Positions 55,806 through 64,000 of a stretch of DNA of 64,000 nucleotides are shown piece after piece (within the stretch, counting starts at the first letter, position 1; every line of letters begins with the position of its first letter). A model generated the notes under the pieces. That model made no database searches. It was not told where the DNA came from and saw nothing but the letters and a program-made list of their open reading frames with translations. The position numbers were made by a program, and so were the translations under genes. This stretch comes from Octopus vulgaris. Lineage: Eukaryota. The stretch is from positions 40,610,001-40,674,000 of the forward strand of contig OX597837.1 in the NCBI GenBank assembly GCA_951406725.2. Direction: 5' to 3'.

Positions 55806-56285
55806 GTTGTTGTTGTTGTTGTTGTTGTTGCTGTTATCATTGCATTTATCATTACTAGAGCGGTGAACTGGTGGAATCTTTATTGTTATTTCGGGGCCGA
55901 TACTTAATTTATCATCCTTTCGGGGCCGTTAAATTAAGTATCAGTTGCTTACTGGGATCGATCTAATTGGCTGGGGCCCCTCCTCACAAAAGTGTCAGGC
56001 CTTGTGCCTAGAATAGAAAAGATTATTACTAGAGTAGTGAGGTGGCGGAATCTTCAGCGGCATTTCGATCGTCTGTACGTTCTCAGTTCAAATACTGCTG
56101 AGGTTCACTTTGCCTTTTATCCTTTCGGGGGTCAATAAAATAAGTACCAGTGGTACACTGGGGTCGATGTAATCGATCTGCCACCTCCCCCAAAATTGCT
56201 GGTCTTGTGCCAAAATCTGAAACCATAATAATAATAATTATTATAATTATTATTATTATTATTGGTGTTGTTGTTGTTGTTGTTG

Positions 56286-56366
<81 letters not shown>

Positions 56367-56784
56367 GTTAAAGCGGCAAGATAGCAAATTCGTTAGCACG
56401 CCGGGCAAAATACTTAGCAGTATTTCGTCTGTCTTTACGTTCTGAGTTCAAATTCCGCCGAGGTCGACTTTGTTTTTCATCTTGTCAGGGTCGAAAAATT
56501 AAGTACTAGTTGCATACTGGATTCGATCTAATCGACTGCGACTGCGCCCCCCCCTATAAACCGGCCCTTGTGCCTAGAGCAGAAAGAGAATCGTTTGCAC
56601 GCCGGGCGAAATGCTTCGCAGCACTACGTCTGTCTGCAAGGTCTGAGTTCAAATTCCGCCGAGGTTGACATTGCCTTTCAGCCTCAAGGGGGCGATAAAC
56701 TAATTACTAATTAAACACTGGGGTCGATGTAATCGACTTCACCCACACAAAAAAATTTCAGGCCTTGTGCCTATAGTAGAACGG

Positions 56785-56957
<173 letters not shown>

Positions 56958-57094
56958 TAATTCGCCGAGCGAAATAACGGGATTTCGTCCGTCGTTATGC
57001 TCGGAGTTCATACTCCACAGCGGTCTCAAATCTGTTCTTTATCCTGTCGGGGTGGATGAAATAAAGTACCAGTCGAGTACATAGAATTATATAT

Positions 57095-57166
57095 TTTTAT
57101 CATACCTAATGCGCCTACCATGATTGGAATTGTTTCTGTTTTTAGACTCCACATTCGAGTCACCTC
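57095..57166 (-). mobile_element. Small inverted fragment of an R4/Dong-type element
   Basis: The reverse complement matches the EVTRMW.LKTETIPI.VGALGMIK coding segment. Confidence 0.65.
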
Positions 57167-57347
57167 ACTCCTTTAAAATTGCTGTCCTCGTGCCAAAGTG
57201 TGAGACAATTACTCTTAATCAATTTGTTAACAACTTAAGCAATTACCTAATAACCATTTGGTCAATCGTTTGCTCGGTCATTCAATAAATTATCTAAATT
57301 GACTAAACGATTGGTTATTTAATTGGTTAAGTGATTAACTAGTTGAC

Positions 57348-57410
<63 letters not shown>

Positions 57411-57439
57411 TAATAATAATAATAGTAATAATAATAATA

Positions 57440-57482
<43 letters not shown>

Positions 57483-57517
57483 TAATAATAATAATAATAA
57501 TAATAATAGTAGTTATG

Positions 57518-57603
<86 letters not shown>

Positions 57604-58077
57604 GATGATGATGATGATGATGATGATAATAATAATGATAATAATAACGAGAATAATATTTTAAAAGAACTGGCGTCAGTCATCACAAAGGTAAATAGAC
57701 AATACGATATGTCGACAGCTTGCCTTTCTTTGACGAGTTCATAATGAAAATGTGATACTTAGAAATTCAAGATTATAGAAATTCAAATTCAGAAGTTTGA
57801 ACGAGGAGGTCCTGTGTTCCTACTTAGACGGAATGACATTATAAGACTTCAGTTTTTCAATTTTACAAGTAGCCACAAAGAAAAAGAAAGGAAGAAAGTG
57901 AAAAAAAGGAAGAAAAACAGAAAAAGAAGTGGAATAACGGAGAATTTGAATTTCTATCAATCACTTTTCATTTGGAACTCGACAACGTCAGGTAAGCTAT
58001 CGAAATATCGTTCAAACCAATACAATATCTATTGAATAATAATAATCATAATAATAATAATAATAATAATAATAATA

Positions 58078-58788
58078 GAAGTTACCAAAAACATGTAATG
58101 AAAAGAAATATAACAAGTAACTGCAGAATATGTGGAGATGGACAAGAAACAATATATCATATTATCTCTAGCTGCCCAGTCCTGGCTAAGAAGGAATATA
58201 TTCACAGACATGACAGAGTTGGAACCTACATACATTGGAAGCTATGCCAACATTATGGAATAACAACAGAAAAAAGATGGTATAGGCACACACTAGAAAA
58301 GGTCACAGAAAACGAGAAGGCAACTATACTCTGAGATATGCCGATACACACAGATAGGGAAATTAAGGCCAACAGGCCAGATATAGTTGTCAGAGATCAT
58401 GAAGAAAAAATGCTTTCTAATTGATGTATCAATACCGGCTGATGACAACGTGTCTCTAAAAGAAATGGAGAAACTCTCAAAATACAAAGACCTGGAAATA
58501 GAGGTAACTAGAATGTGGAATCTGAAAACAGAAACAATTCCTATCATTGTAGGTGCATTAGGCATGGTAAAAAAATATTCAGACAAATATATAACAAAAA
58601 CACCAGGACTTACAAACACATATAACATACAGAAAATTGCACTACTAGGCACTGCACACATCCTACGCAGAACATTTTCCATACAATAACCATCAGAGCA
58701 TCACAACAAATCACAGCACATACCCAAGGCACACAGAGCTGCGCTCGGTAGTAAAGTGAAAGTACGCTATAAAAATAAAACTACTGAA
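58078..58788 (+). mobile_element. 5'-truncated R4/Dong-type non-LTR retrotransposon (restriction-like endonuclease domain plus 3' UTR), disrupted
   Basis: CRICGDGQETIYHIISSC (CCHC knuckle), the RHD motif, RPDIVV..., IDVSIP...EKLSKYKDL and PIIVGALG. Contains a stop at ~58332 and a frameshift. Flanked by (TAA)n on both sides. Confidence 0.9.
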
Positions 58789-59059
58789 TAATAATAATAA
58801 TAATAATATTGAGCAGGATGGGCTACTCAACCTGAAGAAAATTCTAACTGGGCCCCACCTGCAAGGTCATGTGCTGTTTATCTTGATATGAGATCACCAT
58901 GTCGCGCACATATGGTTGTGATGCATGTGCCTGTGTGTACCTTTATCAGACGGGTAGTCATGATGGGTATATTGGGCTTCGTATATTTTACCCCAGTGTC
59001 ACTTTGATGGCATGAACTGCTCTCTCACTCAATAATAATAATAATAAGAAGAAGAAGAA

Positions 59060-59350
59060 GGAAAAGTCGATAGATATGACAGGTTAGCTTGGGAAGTTAA
59101 GCAGTTGTGGTCACTGAAAAAGGTGGTAGTAGTAGTGCCAAAGATTGTCGGAGACCTGGGAACTGTGAGTAAAAATCTCGAGAAGTACATGGAACAAATA
59201 GGGGCTGCAATAAGGGTGGAGCGGTTCAGTCATCAGACCCGCTCGAATACTCCGGATGGTGCTCGAAAAATATAAGGGACGTTGCCTTAGTTCACTGGTA
59301 GTGAACCGCTGACACCGTAGTACATCTTCCAGCGTTAGAAGCTGTGCAAA
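59060..59350 (+). mobile_element. 3' fragment of a second, diverged R4/Dong-type family
   Basis: Translates KVDRYDRLAWEVKQLWSLKKVVVVVPKIVGDLGTVSKNLEKYM, homologous to KLSKYKDL..WNLK..PIIVGALG. Bounded by (TAA)n. Confidence 0.7.
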
Positions 59351-59368
59351 AATAATGAAATGATAATG

Positions 59369-59441
<73 letters not shown>

Positions 59442-59845
59442 TAATCCTTTCTATTGTGGGTTCAAGGCCCGAAATTTGGGAGATGGGGATAGTTGATTAC
59501 ATCGACCCCAGCACTACACTGGTACTTATTTTATCGAACCCGGAAGAATTGAAAACAAATTCGACCTCGGCAATTTGAACTCAGAATCGGAAAAAGGACA
59601 AAATGCCACTAAGTATGTAGTCCGACATTCTATTATTTTGTTTTATTCTTTTCTTTGTTTGTTATTTGACTGCGGCCATGCTGGAGCACCGCCCTTAGTC
59701 GAGCAAATCGACCCCCCCCCCAGGACTTATTCTTTGTAAGCCTAGTACTTATTCTATTATTTTGCCGAACCGCTAAGTGACGGGGACCTAAATACACCAG
59801 CATCAGTTATCAAGTAATGGTGGGGGGGATAAACACAGACACACA

Positions 59846-59900
<55 letters not shown>

Positions 59901-60153
59901 GACGGGCTTCTTTGTGTCTCCGTCTTCCATGACACTTGCCCAAGTTGCCACGCAGTGAGACTGAAACTGGAAGCATGTGGCTGGTAAGGAACCTAGTTAC
60001 CACACAGCCACTCTTGCGCCAACATGTTAACGATTCTATCACCTCACTAGAAGTGAAATAGAACCAGTGCGTGTTTTATTGTTGACATAATTACCCTCCC
60101 AAGCAAGATACAACATGATCTATTTCAACTTCACGTTAAAAAACTTGAAAAGC

Positions 60154-60199
<46 letters not shown>

Positions 60200-60567
60200 A
60201 TTATTAATACAGGTACGACACCTGATGAAGTGGGACCTCTTATAATCTGCACTGCTTTACCGACAGTAACATCAAAAACCCGCGGCCGCTAGACTAGATT
60301 AGTTTAGTGATATTTTGCACAGACTAGTACCCTGTACGCCATAGTATAAATAAACTTGTATCGTTTATATTAAAATACACGTATTTGTATTTCATTCAAT
60401 TATTTAAGTAATTGTAATATATATATTTTTTAAATTTTGAGCAGTGACTCTCAGCCATTTATTTATACCAATGGACTCCTTTGATTCGTATTTTACTCCA
60501 CGGGACCGCCATAGCCATTCAATGCTTTAAATAATTCCTATTAGATTTTTATAATTAAATGTTATAA

Positions 60568-61170
60568 AGGCGGCGAGTTGGCAGAAACGTTAGCACGTGG
60601 GGCGAGATGAGTAGCCGAATTTCGTCTGCCGATACGTTCTGAGTTCAAATTCCGCCGAGGTCGACTTTGCCTTTCATCCTTTCGCGGTCGATTACATAAG
60701 TACCAGTTACGCACTGAGGTCGAAATAATCGACTTAATCCGTTTATCTGTCCTTGTTTGCCCCTTCTGTGTTTAGTCCCTCGTGGGTTGTAAAGAAATAG
60801 GTATTTTAAAGTTTCGTCTGCCGCTACGTTCTGAGTTCAAATTCCGCCGAGGTCGACTTTGCCTTTCATCCTTTCGGGGCCGATTAAATAAGTACCAGTT
60901 ACGCACTGGGGTCGATATAATCGACTTAATCCGTTTGTCTGTCCTTATTTGTCCTCTCTGTGTTTGGCCCCTTGTGGGTAGTAAAGAAATAGGTATTTCG
61001 CTTGTCTTTACGTTCTGGATTCAAATTCCGCCGAGGTCGACTTTGCCTTTCATCCATTCGCGGTCGATTAAATAAATAAGTACCATATCAGTTGCGTAGT
61101 GGGGTCGATCTAATCGGCCGGGCCCCCTCCCCAAGAGTTTCGGGCCTTGTACCTAAAGTAGGAAAGAATG
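60568..61170 (+). mobile_element. SINE family B tandem cluster (three bodies)
   Basis: One head followed by three repeats of ttcaaattccgccgaggtcgactttgcctt. The last repeat ends in the alternative tail ggccttgt.ccta.agtag.aaaga. Confidence 0.8.
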
Positions 61171-61506
61171 ATTAAATATTATCAGAAATTGAAAATTTTA
61201 AAGAATCTGTTAACATACTTTACGTATTTTAGAAGCATAACCAGTTTATTGCTCATAAACCTTAAAAGCAAAATCTTATAATATTAAGGCGGTGCACCGA
61301 TAAAATCGTAAGGAAGCCGGGCGAAATGCTTAGCAGCATTTCGTCCGACTTCATGTTCTGAGTTCAAATTCCGTCGAGGTCGACTTTACCTTTCATCATT
61401 TCGTGGGAGGCGGGTCGAAAAAAATATGTACCAGTTGAGTACTGGGGCCGATGTAAGCGACTTATACCCTTCCTCAAAATTGCTGGCTTTGTGTCAAAAT
61501 ATGAAA

Positions 61507-61571
<65 letters not shown>

Positions 61572-61806
61572 AAATAAATAAATATATACATATAGTAATT
61601 CCGCAAGCGACAAATGTTTCTTGCAGAGTGAGTATTTGCTTAATATAAAGCTTATATCGGGTAACATAAATGTTTAGGAAGGTTCCCTTCAAGTTTGTTT
61701 TATATTGTGTTTTATTTATTTCTTGTTTCATCTTTCAGCATTTCGAGTTTATTCATTTGAAATTTCGGTAAACAAATAACAAGACAACATATCTTATCTT
61801 ACCAGC

Positions 61807-61847
<41 letters not shown>

Positions 61848-62230
61848 TATATACAGATATATGTATCAGAAGAGAACAAAAGTGTTCAAGTTGGTTTTTG
61901 GGAGAAGAAAAAGAAGGAAAAACTAAAAGGAAAAAAAGAGACCCCCTCCTCTCGCTATATTTGGATTATAAATAACGCTGTAGTTATTTGCGTATATCAT
62001 GTTACACTATTTGTATATATACTCTGTAATTTACATGAACGCCTCAATGTAGACATGAAATATTCTGTTTCTCTGTCGTAATATATATATACACATATAT
62101 GTATGTATATATACACACACATATATATGTGTGTATGTATGCATATTTCAATATATCTATAAGTATATATAATACATATCTATATATATGTATATATTAA
62201 TACATATATATATATATGTATATATATATA

Positions 62231-62279
<49 letters not shown>

Positions 62280-64000
62280 ATGTATATGTATATATATATA
62301 TACGCACATCCATGTACACAAAGACTCATATGTTATGTATATGTACGGTATCCGGTGTAGAAGTTGATATGTAAATAGTTTTATGATCTCTTGGAAGAAA
62401 TTCAACGGTCTGTAGTTGTATCCAAAGTTATGAATGACAAAATAAACATATTCTGTAAACATTTTCATTTCATCTTAAACATTATATTCTTTCATTCTTT
62501 CATTCGTTCATTCTTTCATTCTTTCATTCTATCAAACGTTTCGTTTTTCCCATAATGTGGTTTGCGCAAATAACTCTAAAAGTTTCAGGTAAAGAACTTA
62601 TATCAACAAAACGCTTTACACAAATATGAATTCTTGGAGAGTGGAACACTGAGAATGCAGAATAGGCAATGTTTCGTTTGTAGTAGCACACGTTTCCGTC
62701 GATTTCCGTAAAAAATGTAAACACTGAATCGGCCATACATACATACACACACACACACATACATACATACACACACACATACATATACACATACACCGAG
62801 TAAAAAATTTCAGTTATCTCTCTCTTTCACACATTACTCTCTCTGTCTCTTCGCACACACTAACAGAAGCACTTCACTTACACAACATACTGTCTATCTC
62901 CCACACCCCATCAAACACACACACGGGGACTTCAAAAAGAAATTCCCTCGTCATAAAATCGCTTCCTCTTAGTCTCTTTCGCTCTCGTTACTTCAAATAT
63001 TCCCGCAAAGCCATATGTAAAAAAATAAAAAATTTTTTACGGAAATCGACGAAACATTGCCGCAGAATAATATGGACACTAGATTAGTTCCAGTTGTTAC
63101 AAGAACGCTAGGAATTTTAGACCAACTTACCATAAGAGTCTGAAATAATTGCGTAGGAACTGGGAATTACTTCTATGCTCAAAGTTTAGAAGTTAGTAAC
63201 CGAACCCTAGAGGTGATGGAAGTCTCCTGTAGTCTGAGAAAGACGCTTCTCCAATTTCTTCCCGAGCAACCTTCACAAATGATTCGTTTATGATGATCAA
63301 ACTCAGGTGTGGCTGTGTGGTAGGTGTCTTCTACTAGGTTTACAAAGAATAAGTCCTGGGGTCGATTTGCTCGACAAAAGGCGGTGCTCCAGCATGGCTA
63401 CAGCCAAATAACTGAAACAAGTAAAAAGAGTAAAAGAATATGTGGAATCAATAAATCAATAATATGGAAATTATAGTAATTACTCGTGTATAACGCGAGG
63501 AATAGTATTTAAAAAATAGCTTCATAGCCACTTGCGGCCGGGTTCGATCCTGTTGTGTGATATCTTAGGCAATTGTCGTTTTTTTCCACCCTTGAATCGA
63601 CCCGTATCTTATAAGTGAAAATAGGTAGATAGTAACTGTCCTGAAGTCTCTAAGGTGGATTGAACCTATCACCCGAACGATGCAGCCTTTTCATAGACTG
63701 TGTTATACTGATTGTACCAGAGAATTACGTTAAGGATATACATGTTAGCGGAATACTCGGCCACTTACACAGCCATTCAAGAATTTGGACCTGGAGATCT
63801 CCATTTCCAGCGACTTCGAGGGCTACCTCCCAGTGGTGTCGGGCGTTAACGAAGAGCCCTTGACAACAAGACGACCAAAGTTTTTTTCCATGGTCTGGGG
63901 TCTCCTGCCCCTAAGCCCCAGACCATGACCTAATCACCCTTACGCCTCTTGTTGCTTAACAACAACAACAGCCACTTACACATTAACTCGGGAAAGACGG

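Noticed and set aside
60220-60300. CUGAUGA near (TA)n as another hammerhead
   Set aside because: No correctly placed GAAA...UH or closing stem I could be found.
62665-63061. MITE suggested by the inverted 20-mer cgtcgatttccgtaaaaaat / attttttacggaaatcgacg
   Set aside because: The inverted match is real, but the termini and TSD could not be defined and there is no second copy in the window.
63785-63930. HDV-like ribozyme or structured RNA (cttcg...gttaacgaag; hairpin 63889-63927)
   Set aside because: P1, P3 and L3 could not be assembled convincingly and the catalytic C position reads U. It is at most a decayed retroelement end near the window edge.

Overview
AT-rich, microsatellite-saturated eukaryotic DNA. 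The (TA)n/(TG)n/(TAA)n/(TATG)n load and the tRNA-derived SINE families suggest an octopus genome; this is recognition from sequence character, not a database result. I can support only one host protein-coding region: an uninterrupted 260-codon ORF at 45657-46439 (+) with a C-terminal CD225/dispanin-type domain. Its last ~19 codons form the first unit of a ~2 kb degenerate tandem array. The rest is repeat: at least four SINE families, R4/Dong-type LINE 3' ends in (TAA)n, RTE-type LINE fragments, two copies of a non-autonomous Helitron, a Tc1/mariner-type MITE, and 151-, 270-, 40- and ~27-bp tandem repeats. The most interesting signal is a set of short elements anchored in (TA)n tracts. Several carry hammerhead-ribozyme folds: one intact at 427-525 (-), two more at 6692-6759 (+) and 43317-43395 (-), and a six-copy family with an atypical CUGUNGA+1 core. 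Others are ~110-200-bp near-perfect palindromes. Together they resemble Penelope-like pseudo-LTRs or non-autonomous derivatives. Nearly all other ORFs in the track are microsatellite or SINE artefacts. All folds and alignments were done by eye, and repeat boundaries are approximate.
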